Below, in pieces: positions 25,401 through 39,110 of a DNA stretch of 64,000 nt. Every line of letters starts with the position of its first letter. Position 1 is the first letter of the stretch. This DNA is from Saccostrea cucullata (taxonomy: Eukaryota): contig NW_026931375.1 in the NCBI RefSeq assembly GCF_032062105.1, positions 372,001 to 436,000 on the forward strand, in the 5' to 3' direction. The position numbers and the translations under genes were made by a program. The notes beneath the pieces are model-generated. The model had not been told where the DNA came from and made no database searches. It saw nothing but the letters and a program-made list of their open reading frames with translations.

Positions 25401-28400
25401 GTCTTGCAAACTGGCATTTTCAAATGCAAATCAAGGCTCCTTCTTTGCAACAAAAACAAAAAAAAACCCTACACTTAATCTTTGGGATCCAGAGTGACTT
25501 TATTCATTTGTAATTCAATAAAATGCAGATTTTTCTTCATATTAATCTATTAATAACATTGTGAAGTAATATGTGTGTATTACTGTGTATGTTAGATATT
25601 TTTATTACATTGTTAAAAGTAGCATACTTGTATTTGTTAAGTACTTTTCATGGACAAATGACTTGAAGTACTGGTACTATAATGTCTTCAAAAAACTTAT
25701 TATAAGCCAAAACACATTCATTAATGTTTATGACATCAATCAATGACATTCAACTTGATATAGAAATGTTCATAAATAAATTATGTGTTCCTGTTCTCAA
25801 CATCTCCATTACAAAGACAATTGGCACAGACATAAAAAATGTGACAAAATTATTGAATATTAACAGGGTTGGCTAAAAACTGATTTTTTTCCCCATGGTT
25901 TAAAGTTAATACATTAGTAACATACAAAAGTCATGCCAAGGTTATTTTGATAGTTATTATAAGGGTTCACCAAAAACCAAGAGAGGAGCAGTTAAACTTT
26001 CCCACATAGCCTTTCTTCTCTAGCAGTTAATTTACATGCTGAAACTTGTTAACCAAGAAGCAAGTTAATGTCCAATGATCAAGCATTGTTTATTTAGCTC
26101 TCTTTTTTTATACCTTTTTCCCCCATGAATTAGTATGATTTAGCCAATGGTTAACAAATCTCAAATGATATCATGATAACACAATAAATATATCTTACCA
26201 GTCCATATCTGGCTAGTTTCTTCATTATCACTTTGTAGTACCACTCATCCTTAATCTCATCAGGGGAATTGGCCATAAGATCTGCATACCTGAAATATTA
26301 TCAACATGTGAATACCCTTCTTCTGTAAGAAGTATTGTTAATCTAGTTAAATGATGTTCTTCCAAACACACAATTCAAGATTTCAGAAATTATAAATCTA
26401 AATTTACATAAAAATCATTCACAAAATTTTACATGGGTAAACTGAGGGGGGATAAACCTTAAGTTGGTGAAGATTAAATTTTTAAAAGAAATTTGTGCAG
26501 TGACCAGGATACTCATTTTAAATGCTGTGATCACCAAGTTTCTGAAACTACAAAGAGAACACATTCGATACAAGGCAGTCCTTCTTACCAGTTTCCCTTG
26601 GATCCCTCCTCTTGTTTCTTTTTGAGCAGCTCTTGGTTCGGTCGAGTAAACATTCGGTTGCTTCGGTCTCTCATTTCCTGCACTGCTCTGTGGAAACTGC
26701 TACCCTTCAGCTGGGAGTTAATGGCCAGAAACTTGTTCTGACAAACTGCAAACCTCTGTCTGTAAATCAAAAAAATAACATTCATAAAAAAATTCTTGAG
26801 AAGACAATAATCCATTGTAAATGAAAACAGAGACTTCTAGAAGTTATACAAGTCCAGAATAGTAGATTTCTTCAAGATAATTCCTTTACTTTTGAAGTGT
26901 ACATTTTGTGATACATGTATTCTAATATCTAAAGCGAGCTGTTCAAATGCTGGGAGTAAATACACAGTACAATTTAAATCATTGTTTCAATGCACACAGT
27001 GGTAATTTGTTTAAACTTCTGTCTAGCTAAGTATGCATTCTTTTCTACCTTTTCTAGTCTCTACCTGTACACTCTTTTCTAATTTTTCTAATCTCTACGT
27101 GTACATACTTCTCTAACTGTTCTAGCTGTTCGTGGAGTTGTAAGGCTGCATCCTCCTTCCTCTCCTGAAACTTCTGGTGCATCTCATTGACAACATTCTG
27201 GTATTTACAGCTGGCTCTGTTGTTCTGGAACTCAACCAGCTGGGGAGAACTGAAAGCAAAATTATATTGCCATTACCTGTAAAGCTCCATGTTTAAAATT
27301 GGAATAAATTGAACCTTGGTATACAGTATACTGTTTTAAACTACTCTTTACAGTACCTTTTGGGGCGTATCACAGCTGAGTCTGCTCGATTTGATCGAGA
27401 TGACTCGCGCTGATTACTGGCTGAGCGACCTCTTTCAGCTGATCTTCCTCGTTCCCCCTATGGAAGAAAGTATTCTACATAGATCTGTTGGTATAAACAA
27501 TCTACATTGCAATAAACACAGAGGTATCAAATCTAAGAGCATTATCGTGTTTTTTTTTTCCTACAACTTACCCCTGGGTCAGCTGATTTCCTTGGTGATT
27601 TCTTTGGAGAATGTTCTCCATCTTTACCCCTGTGAATAGAAACATCCAGTCTTCACACATATTACATGAGGATGAGCTTTATCAAATATTTCCTCCAAAA
27701 ATGCTACAAAATGCTTCTAATAAGGTTTATAAGGTATGATAGTCTTTAAGGATGAAGCTACCTTTTGTCTTTTTTGTGCTCCTTCCTGACTCTGACAGGG
27801 TGAACAGGTTCCTGAGTTTCATCATCCTCATACAGCTTTGTGGAGATGTCTTCATTCAGATACTTAAATATACCTAAACACAGGAAAATAAACATGCCAT
27901 TAACAGATAAAGTTATAATCTTGTTATAGCATGAAGAATGGATGAATTGTGTTCCAAAAATGATAGAGATTGGAAATGTGGTATGGTATCTCACAAAATG
28001 GTAAGTGTATCAAATGGATGCTGGGTTTTTCAAGAGACCAATAAAATACGGGATTAAGTAAGACACTTACTGACATATTTCCCATCATCCTCTTCCTCCT
28101 TCTCTTTCCCGTCCACTTTAGACGTGGATCCCATACTTTCATCCACGCTGTTGTCTAGGGAACTGCTGACTCGTAAATTAGTGGACCCGGACACGTTAGC
28201 CATTCCCAGAAAGTTAGAGAACACACTATTTCGGTGGCTTCCTGGCTGCCTTTTCATGTTAGTTACTCTTGTGCTTTTCCTCTTGATGGCCTAGTATGCA
28301 AAAAATTGAAATTAATTATCTGATAAGGACATTATTAAAACATAGGTAATCAGAGATTACAAAGCTCACCTCAACGAATGTTGTCTTTAAGTAAGGCAAA

Positions 28401-31400
28401 TTAAGTCACACAATCAACCAACAAAAAGTGTACATCCAAAAATGCAAAATTTATGCAATTTTGATTTTGATACTTTGGAATAGACCTATAAAACATCAAA
28501 CTTGTTCTTCATCACGAAAATGTAATTAAAATCCAGCATCTGAAGCAAGATTGAGAGTTTTCATCCCTTGATGCATCATTTGTGCAACTTTGGTTTATAT
28601 AAGCCTTCTGGTTTCTTCGTGATAGACCTGCACCCATAACTTTTACGAGGTCTATTATCTGGAAAATGTATGTCAAATTCAGCATCTGAAGCAAGTCCAT
28701 TAGTGTGCACCCTAAGATGTATCATTCATGCAAGTTTGTTCAACATAGAGCTCAAAGTTACTTGGAAATGAAACCTGTATAAAAAAAAACTAACCTTTTC
28801 ACTAATCCTGAAAATGTAGGTCCGATTCAGCTTCTGAAGCCAGCCTAGTAGAATGCACCCTTAGATGTACCATCCATGCAAGTTTGGTCATTATAGAGCT
28901 CAAAGTTACTTGGAAATGAATCCTGCACCATAAACTTTAACCTGTTTACTCGTCCAGAAAATGTAGGTCAGATTCAGCATCCGAAGCAAGTCTGGTAGTA
29001 TGCATCATAAGATGTACCATCCATGCAAGTTTAGTCATTATAGGGTTCATAGTACCTTGGAAATGAAACCTGCACCAAAAATTTTAACCTGTTCACTCAA
29101 CCGGAAAATGTAGGTCAGATTCAGCATCCAAAGCAAGTCTTGTTATATGCATCCTAAGTTTGGTCATTATATGTCTCATAGTAACTTGGAAATGAAACCT
29201 GCACCAAAAACTTTAACCTGTTCACTCAACTGGAAAATGTAGGTCAGATTCAGCATCCGAAGCAAGACTGGTAGTATGCATCCTAAGATGTACCATCCAT
29301 GCAAGTTTGGTCATTATATGTCTCATAGTAACTTGGAAATGAAACCTGCAACAAAAACTTTAACCTGTTCAGGCTGGTAGTATCTTCAAAATGAAACCTG
29401 CACCAAAAACTTTAACCTGTTCACTCAACTGGAAAATGTAGGTCAGATTCAGCATCCAAAGCAAGTCTGGTAGTATGCATCCTAAGATGATGTACCATCC
29501 ATGCAAGTTTGGTCAACATAGGGCTTATAGTTACTCAGAAATGAGACCTACACCAAAAACTGCACCAAAAATGTTAACCTGCTCCATAAACATTAACCTG
29601 GTCATTCCTTTGCTGAAATTGCAGCACCTGAAACTTTGACTGGTACAATGAAACACACTAGAAACATCTTCCATGCATGTCTAATCAATATAGGACATAG
29701 AAGTACTTAAAAAGAAAACTGCTCCAAAAAACTTAACCTTAACCCGGGACGCCGATGCCGACACCGACGCCGAGGGTATTACATAAGCTCCCCCCAACTC
29801 GTTGAGGTGAGCTAAAAATGAATTGAAAACCTTAAAGTTTGTGCATCTTTCTGATTTTTTATTTTAGAATATTAGTATTAATAAATGTTATTTTGTTCTG
29901 GTTTTCAAGAAACTGTGATAATACTGACTAAAACTTCAGATTATGTAATTAAAGATTTGTTTTAAGGCACAAAGCATGTTTTAGTAATAGTTCCAGCTTT
30001 AACTTTCACCCAGAATCTTTGTAATACATGTACCATTATGCTTTCTAAATGTGACTTACTGGTACTTTAGGAGATATTTCCAGGTTGACCAATTCTTTCC
30101 ATGTCATTCCTTCATGATCTCTTGGAAAAGTTTTGGTGCCTCCAATTTCACTATAAATTAAAAGAATTCATGAAATATCAAATAATCATTTCCTATGTTA
30201 CTGGTAATCTAAACATGTATAGCTTTAAATTTTTGGTATCCTACATTCAGAAATCCTTCATGACACGTACAGTACTGTAGATTCCTAAATATATACGCGT
30301 GGAATTAATTATTGTGTAATTTCGCAAGACGCACCAATCGCAAAATAAAATTACTCGCCTTTATTTTTATGGTTGTGAAATTTATGTAAAAGCTCTTGAT
30401 CAAACGTCCATTCACGAATTATCATTCTCGTGTTTTGATGTTGGAGAGCAAATTTGCGATAAAAAGTACTCGCAAAATATAAGGAATCAATCTACAGTTT
30501 ACAATTTGAATTTTTTTTAAAAATCAATTAGATAAGGACTTACTTTAACTTCCAGCTAGATGTGATTGGAGACATCGTGATAGAGTTATCTCCCCCTGTT
30601 CTGGCATGTAGAGCCATTGCCTCTAAAATCCAATGCAAAGCACAAAGTTGCCGGAAAAATGCATCTCTAAAACATCAAATAAATGCTTAAAATAAGTAAA
30701 TTTTAATGGATGGACCAAGCTTTATGACAGTTTTTTTTTGTTGCTATATGTAAATTTAGATATCTCCAAACCTGAATACTAGTAGAAATACATGAACATA
30801 AATATTTCAGCTTACAAAACACAAAAATTAAGGCCATTTTCTTAAAAATCAATTGGAATATATATATTTACTTTGCTATGTTTTCTTTGGTTTCTATGAT
30901 GTTAGTGTGTTGGGGGGTATAAGGACGAGGGGCCTTGATTTTTTTCCTTCTCCCTGGGGATCTGGGGGTGGTAGTCAGGGAACGGGAAATTCCCAGCTCA
31001 GTTTCTTCATCCTCCTCCCTATGACTAAAATAAATAAAGGTATTAATAGATTTATACTTATTTAGAAAGAATTCTGCTTAATATAAGACTATCTTTGTTC
31101 AATACTTTAATTTATGTATTCAGTCACGAGTGATTATTAAATACTTAACTTGGATATTGATCTTTCAGATTAAACAATTATAAATTTAAAATCATACATG
31201 TATTAAAATATCTTATTTTTTCAGATGACTAAGAAAAACTGGTTCATGTATATCTGAATATATCTACATGCACATTTATTTCCATTCCATTAACTATGAT
31301 GATACACTGTACATGTAAATTATAAGAGAGAGTTATATATCAATTTAAAAAAAAAATACAAGTAATGGAAAACAATTTAGTGCTATAGCAAGCAAGAGAA

Positions 31401-34400
31401 AACTCATATTATCATTACACAACTAATGTAAGCCGGATAATTCAAAAAGTAAACTATCAGATCAGTCACCCACAGCTGAGAACTTTACCGATGGAAGGAC
31501 ACCCGTCCCCTGGGGTCAGGGGACTCAGAGTCGGACTTTGGATCCTCCTCGTCCGTCAGCTCCTTAATCTCTGTGTGTTTCATGAAGCTAATTGTAAAAA
31601 CAAATACCCAGAAAACATCAACAATCAAATCTCTTGTGTTAAAGCAAAGAAGTAGAAAGACTGGCCATATGTTTTACCTATCTTTTTTTTTTAACTTTAT
31701 AAATTATCAATTAACTTTAGTATTGCAAGCAACAATATGTAAATTACCAGAGAAATATTTTAAGTGTGTCTTATTATGCAGAGTAAATTAGAAAAAAATT
31801 AATTATTCCAAAATTTTATTTATAAACCTTGGATATCTAAAAAAAATTTTTTTATAAAGTATGGGTTCAAATGAATGTTGTTTCCATTTCACAATTTTAA
31901 TTACATTCCTAAAACTTCACTTCCTTTTAAGCATTTTAAGTGTATTAGCTGTAACCATGTTTTACTGTATGTACAGCAAAACTCGTTTAGTACGAACACG
32001 GATATTGCAAATTTACGGTTATAACGAAGTCATCTTGAATCCCCAGCTGTATAAATTTAATGACTTTCTTATACGGTTATAACGAATTACGGTTATAGCG
32101 AAGTAATTTCATAGGTCCCTGTGACTTCGTTATAACCGAGTTTTACTGTATTAGTTTTTTCTCTCTTTGTTGTCTACAGATGATGATTTTGGCCAGTATT
32201 TACTCCATTATATTCTGAAGCACCTCAAACAACAGTGACTCTTTTGCAAACAACTCATACAACAATTCCAAATGTCAAGTATTGAGAGATTATAATCTGG
32301 CTGGGTAGAGTCATTTAACACAATGAATTTTTGCATAGAAAGCCATTAGGGAGCGATGATGTATCATGCCATCAGTTTACTTCTGAGTAAAATAAGGGTA
32401 GGTAACTCTGTTTTTAATTATATTTCAATGCAAAAAATCGCCCAATTACAGAGGCGAATATTGATAAGCAAGTTGATTTAACTGTACCCAGCCAGGTCAC
32501 TACGTAATTGGAAAATAACAAAACATCCACTCTTTAAAGTTCATAAAACTGCAATATACTTATAAAAGCTCAAAATTTTTAAAACCTCAAACTCTGAATA
32601 AATATATCTCCTCTCTTTTCTTCAATCCATGCACGCAACAAACATAAATAAAAGTAAACAACAGAACCCCGTGGAACATGTAATCCGACTGGATTATATG
32701 ACCAGCTGGATTACATGGCTCCTCCTCTGTCCTCACCTGGATAACTCCACGTCCTCCTCAAACTCCTCATCCGACTCCTCCGAGGAGGAATCCAGTTTGG
32801 GCGGCTGCCACTCACTCTTCATTAGCTCTGCCCTCTTCTGATTCATCTCATTTTCTGATTGTTGCTAAAATAAAAAATTGAATTATAGGAAAAAGTAAAT
32901 AAGTAAGTTAAAGTAAATTTTATCTAGGGATGGCATTTTGTACAGTGAGCAACAAATAACATGAGCTCTGTAGAGCTCTTAAACCAACTATCACAGCTAA
33001 AAATATCACAGAAATAGCAAATATATACAGCATAAATTAATAAGGCATGCATAAAGACATTTACAGGACCAATAATTTTACTAATATAGTGTTTTCCCTT
33101 AAGAACCAGCTTCTGGCCAAATTGACTGCTTCAATTGACAAAAATGCCACTTTGAAATAATTTTTTTTGTAAGATCAACAGAGATTCTGTTCATAAACCT
33201 CAGTCTATAGCCTGTTACAACTGATCTCTAACCCTTTACTTTGAAATAAAGGTAAAACACTGATAATACAAAGTTTTGTGTTAGATCATAAGATAAATAC
33301 TGGTAGCAAAACAATATTTTTGAAAAAGAAACTAGTTGCTTTATACCTTGGCTGCTTGTTCAGATTTTATAAGATCAAATAATCCATGTCCAAGTTTAAC
33401 ATTTCGAATCATATTCCTAAAAAAGATAAAAAAATCTTCAAATATACATTCTTTGTAAAATTTGAAGAAAAAAAACACACATTTTAAACTTGAAATTCTT
33501 TTTCTCCCCTTTATGGTAGGTCTGCTGCCAAAAGAGATCCAAATGAAGCTTATTTTAAACCATCAACTAGTTGACAACTACTTTAGTTTATTTTTTTTTC
33601 ATTTTTCACTTTGACCAAGACTCTTACAAAAGTCTACAAAAATGCTTACCGTCCATGGATGACTTCCCTTTGTAGTGTGTTCATGTCTTTTTTGGACCTC
33701 CTGAGAACAAAGGAAGCTGCAGACACCTGCAATGTAGATATAACAGCAAGGTTTTACAAGGAAACCAACAATATCAAATGAACAGCTAGGAGTTATAGAT
33801 ATTTTAATATTCCCCATAAACAGTAGTTGTAGTTTTGGCAGTCTCATTTTTGAAAGAATTACCAGGGTATTCCAAATTTTGTCATTTTATTCTCTGCAAC
33901 TTTTAATAAAGTGTAAATACTAGTACACATACTTAGGACAAAAATTGTCAACTTTAGAGTATATGTACCCTGTTGAGAGTATTTATTTTTTTATTTTGGA
34001 ATACCTCTTGAAATTTACAAACTGTTATACCTGTTTCTTTTGTTGCTGGAGTTCAGCTGAGATGTCATATTCGTCTTCATCACTGCTACTGCTCGTCTCC
34101 TCATCATATTTCTGTAAGTGTTAGATTTTACTTGCATCACAGAGATATCTTACAGACAAAACTGACCATTTTTATTGCTTCATTTAACAAAATAATACCG
34201 GTATTCTGATATATGGGTTATGCCAATGTAAAGACCCACAAGAGTTGTCAAATTCTGCTGATTTCTAATATTCTACCAAATCTTCATTGCTCCCTTGTGG
34301 ACACATGTATTTGCTCTTTTCAATTTTTAATTTGAAGTAAATATTTGTGAAGTAATAGATGCAAAAAAAAGGGAAATTTACTCATTCTCTAGTACACTGT

Positions 34401-37131
34401 ATTTTGATATAATCATTTATATTGCAACATGATGAAAAATAAGAGATACGGAGTTAAACCATTATAGTAAGTATTAATACCGTCTGATAACTTAATTTCA
34501 AGATTAGAATCTTGTATTTAATTCTTATGGTTATGACTATATTGAACATGAGATTAATTCTAGCATGCAAATAAATAATGCATTTAAAAACTAAATGAAT
34601 GTTTTTAAATACACTGTAGACTGTTTACTGACTTTCCCGTATGCATGCAAAAGTTAAAAATGTTCATGCTTTAATTAATGCTTGCCTATAGCTAGGATAT
34701 TCTTATTGTTAGGATTGGCCGATGTTTTATTATCCACTTAGCAAACATAACGAAACTGAATCAAGATTAAAGGTAAAATGCATTTTTCATTCTTTATTTA
34801 ATTTTATTAAGGAGATTATTATTAAACAGTTTAATGACAAGTGGATTTGTTGAAATTTTTAAAAAGCTTTGACTTAAACCAATTGAACCTGGTGTTGCAT
34901 TTATTAAATATCTGTATTATTTGCTGGTATTAACAATTGCAGTCGATGTACAGTTCATAAAGGACTTTTTCCATGCTTATCATTTTTCATAAGTTAGAAT
35001 GAGATTTTCAAAATAAGCTAATTTAAGGTTAATAACTAACAAATTATTTCACATATAATACCTTCACAGGATTAAATTGCATCTGTCCACTCAAATAATA
35101 ATAAACATTGAAAATCACATCAATTTATCATGACTTAAATATAAATCTTCATAAAATAGTGTATCATCCAGATAGAATTACATGTAACAAAATATTGATT
35201 GACATCCTCATCTACAATATTTGAGCACTGTATATTACAATATGAGAGAACATGCCATGTACTAAATTTTAGTACTATAAGAGTTTGATATCATGCATGT
35301 ACAGCTTACTTTTAATTCAAGATATATCATATCTATAAATGGTAGTTTCTTTAATTTAAAATTTTCCTAAAGTCAATTGCAGTCTTTATAATGATACTTC
35401 TATACTTGTTCAGGATTTCTTTTCTCCTTATTTTATATTTGATTTGAGGTACATGTATTTCCAATCATTACTTCAAATAAAATGAAAAAAAATGTGTCAA
35501 TATTTTCTGAATGCATTCACTTATTTAACCTAGTTATTTTAATTTTAATTTTCTTTTCTTTTTTTTCCCATCATCAAAATGGCAATATTTCATGTGCTTC
35601 ATAAACAGCATCATACATGTCATTGGAATTGCACTTGACTGTCTTCTAGTCAACATGCACAAGCATTTTAAAGACTAGACTCTTCCCTTTCAACAGAATA
35701 CTACAATAAATGTTTCTACTGCATTGTGCACATAAAAAAATAATTTCTCTGCAAGTTAAAAAAGGTGCATACATTACTCTCTTGCTGAGTAGACAAAACA
35801 AGCTAAAAAAGATACACTTATAAGTAATGCCTCATAATTTTTTTTATAGCCCCTATACTTGGTACTTGTCAATGGCAGTACCGATAAAAAGAACAAACAG
35901 TTTAAAGTGTTCCCTTCCCCTTTCACTTTAGATTTATTGACACAATTTCAAAACAGAGACTAAAACTCTATAGGGAGAAACCTTATTTGTCAAACTTAAA
36001 CACTAGCCATTGAGATTTATTCTGCACAATACTCTATCAATCTTTCAATTTTACAAGCTTTTGAAGTAATAAACAAGATAAAACGGCCAAATTTAAATAG
36101 CCCAGCAAACCTAATGAAAGTGTGTTATCTTGATCAATTGACAGAAAAATAAGCTTTGACAGCTCTTGTGAGCAAAATAAAAAGCCTATTGATATATAAG
36201 TATCAAATATTTGAGAAAAGAAATGAAATTTATTTTAGCTCATGGATTTTACCATATTTTAAAATGAGTGAAAATGAGAAAGAAAATCATATTGATTGAT
36301 TTAAAAAAAATCTAATACAAATACAGTTTTTCTTCATATCATTGATTTGCCAAATCTGCAGAATCATGTATAAATTTTTCAGGATGCTTTTTAATCTACA
36401 CACAAATCAATTTCCAGTTCTCTTTAACTCCTCAACAGAACATGAATCTCATCTGATATTAACAAAAGATAATTACAATCTATACTTGATATCAATTTAG
36501 AATAGGGACAGCAAATATCATAATTGTCCTTAAAAAATCAATAACAAATTAAGCCAGCTGTCATTCACTTATGGTCTTAAAGCATTTTTTTATTAAGTAA
36601 TTTGACTGCAATTGTCTTTAAAAAATCAATACACATGTAGAAGTATTTCTATCAACTATCTTCAACATATGTATTAAATAAAAACAGATTTCAGCAAGTA
36701 ACTGAGTTAACATTTTGATTCTCAATCTGAGCACTGATGAAAAAAATTACAAGTACGAAACTTAAAGATGTGCATGTTTTTGAATAAGTCATTGCAGGAG
36801 TACCAGAGTTAAAAAAACTAATACATGGATTCAATAAACATAAACTTACACTATCCCACTGTCCCAGAGCATGAAGAATCATCCTCTGCTCATCCAAATA
36901 GAACGGGTCCCCCAGTCCTTTGTATGGCACATTTGGAGCAGCAAAGTAGCCCTGGGATGTAAGCTGAGACTGGCGCCGTCTGTATTTTTCCTCCCTGGCA
37001 TCTTTTGGAGAGGGAACCTGTGTTTTGTAAGTTGCCAAGCTCCTTGCTGCTATCTTAGCAGTTTTATCATAAGGAACAGGAACTGGCTTTGGTTGGATTC
37101 TCCAAGGATTGCTTCTACTTGCTGCTGGCAT
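22433..37131 (-). CDS. CCDC60: Coiled-coil domain-containing protein 60-like, 824 aa with both microexons included
   Basis: 19 exons: 36850-37131, 34031-34111, 33650-33726, 33347-33416, 32737-32864, 31489-31587, 30872-31024, 30544-30666, 30060-30150, 28071-28290, 27762-27873, 27572-27629, 27357-27457, 27109-27249, 26589-26759, 26199-26289, 24635-24661, 24527-24559, 22433-22849 (2475 nt, open frame). Motifs recalled from CCDC60: MIRNVKLGHGLFDLIKSE, FRQLCALHWILEAM, LREWEICSPDICAAIEFCREKI. Confidence 0.85.
23268..23455. mobile_element. Tc1/mariner-type MITE (TA TSD)
   Basis: TA|cagtgga...tccactg|TA, with internal tatccgga repeats. Confidence 0.75.
28359..29818 (+). mobile_element. Second Helentron-type non-autonomous family with a 147-bp tandem array
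   Basis: Perfect 15-bp subterminal inverted repeat agctcacctcaacga (28363-28377) / tcgttgaggtgagct (29799-29813). GCCGAC microsatellite ~29748-29773; terminal A tract. Confidence 0.8.
28650..29585 (+). repeat. ~147-bp tandem repeat, ~6 units
   Basis: The motif gaaaatgta recurs at 28662, 28810, 28957, 29104, 29233 and 29432 (spacing 148, 147, 147, then units with an internal deletion and a duplication). Confidence 0.88.
30275..30497. mobile_element. Tc1/mariner-type MITE
   Basis: TA|ctgtagattcct ... aggaatcaatctacag; imperfect TIRs. Confidence 0.55.
31974..32148. mobile_element. Tc1/mariner-type MITE (TA TSD)
   Basis: TA|cagcaaaactcg ... cgagttttactg|TA, with internal acggttataacga repeats. 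Confidence 0.75.
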
Positions 37132-38439
37132 TTTTTTTTACTTTTATTTCAGATTTCTAAAAAGGAGGAGATTTATCAGTTTGTGTTTCATACCAGTGAG
37201 CTAAAAGGGGATTAAGTATCAAGGTTAAAAACAAAGAAACAAACTTTGCTTCAGCATTTAACATTGTACAAAAAAATCAACAGAAATACAATATTAATTT
37301 AATATTCAAATAACAAATCACTGTAAATAATTCTGCAATAGTGCAGTACTTTTTTGGTAAATTAAAAAAAATCTCTTATTCTTATCCATTTTCATAGGGT
37401 CTTTTATATATCTATCTGTCCTATCTGTATATGCAAAGGCTTAAGCTACTGTATATGAGCGATAATTAGAAAAAAAAATACCTTAATCTAAAATATTAAA
37501 TCACTTTCAAACAAATCCATCACACAAACCATATATGGCAGGAAATTGGTACTGCGTTTTTAGGTGATACTTTTGTACCCTAGGGTACACCTCTATTTAT
37601 CCTTTACCAATAAGGTTACAATTAGGGTACAGTATAAAACCATTGGAAAATGAAAGTAGAAAATTTCTGAAGGACTGTCAATGTAGCCGGGTTACAATGG
37701 GTACAGTGGTTACTTATTATTAACATGATTAACAGTAATAAACCTTTTCAACTTTTATCCTAAAACTATTTGGGTTTTGAATTTAAACAGGGTACAGAGG
37801 GAACTATGCCTACAAAATCACAACAATTGACATTTTCATAACTTAAAATGTTTAATTCATATTAGCATGATCATGACCTATGGCTTCAAAGGTCTACATA
37901 CAAAAAAAAAAACACTCATGTAAGTATTTAAGAGGGTAAAAGTCAGCTTCTTACCTTTAATTATGATATAATAGTCCAGATTTTTGAAGTTAATTAGCTA
38001 GACACTGATAATTATATTCCAGACTTGAGCATTGCATGACACACCTGATACTGTATACCTATCGCAAATGATTTACCTGTACCCACAAACTCTACTAACA
38101 GTACCTGATGGTGTGTACTATACACACTGATCAAATCATTGTGATCATGCTGGATTGTGTGATCATTTACTTCCATTTCAGGCCAGACTAATTTAAATTA
38201 CCCTATACACTGTATTTATCTTATCCAATTCAATTTTGATTAGTAAATTAAAGTTATATAGTAATTTCTAAACAACGTTATTCTAAACTTTATTAATATT
38301 TTTGTAAATAGTACTAGTACTTTGAACAGATCATTTAATACGTTTTTGAACAAAAGTATATAGGTCCCTGCTATCATGGGCTGGTAGATTTGAGATTTTT
38401 ACCAGCACAGAGATTTTTTTTTATTTAAGCCCCTCCCAT

Positions 38440-39110
38440 CACCATGAATATAATATGTCACTTGTTCTGATAAAAATCTGCATTGCAAAACTCAGATGCT
38501 TTAAAATTTGTATTAAGAATTTTTATCCAATTAATTATATTATTTCCAAAACTAACATAGTTCAATACTTTATAAATAAAAGACCATGAGCAATGAAATT
38601 GAATCAAAAGGTTTTTCAAAATCGATTTAAAGTAATTAAAACCAACAATCCTGGTGTATTTTTAGCTTCTGTGTATGTCATTAAATCATAAATAAATCTG
38701 GTGTTTTCACCAAGATATCTTCCTTTTAGGAATTCAGTTTGAGTGTCTGAAATCAAAAGATTCAGAGTATATTTTATTCTGTAATTCAGTAGAGTTATGG
38801 TCTCCAATTTTTCAAAAATTGTCTTGGTTTATTCCCATTAGGTATGCATGAAATTATCCCTAGTCTTCGTGAAATAGAAATTTCTTTTTTTTTTTGACAA
38901 TATACAATTTATAGCTCGCATAATGTACATAGACTTTCAGATCACTCCAGAAAAATTAAAGAGGTGATTTTATCTAATTTTGGAATTTCAGTTAAGTTAA
39001 TAATTTCTTCTAAATCAATATCAATCAGTTCATAATCTGTATTAGAATAAAAATCTTGATAAAACTTTTTGACTTGGTTCAAAATTTCTGATTGATCATA
39101 TAGAAGGTGA
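38440..39110 (-). mobile_element. Degenerate L1/Tx1-clade LINE RT fragment
   Basis: ORF 38616-38807 (ITLLN...ISDTQTEFLKGRYLGENTRFIYDLMTY...PGLLVLI) resembles L1/Tx1 RT subdomains 1-3. It is followed by broken FDSI...SFIYKVL...FG sequence. Confidence 0.75.
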
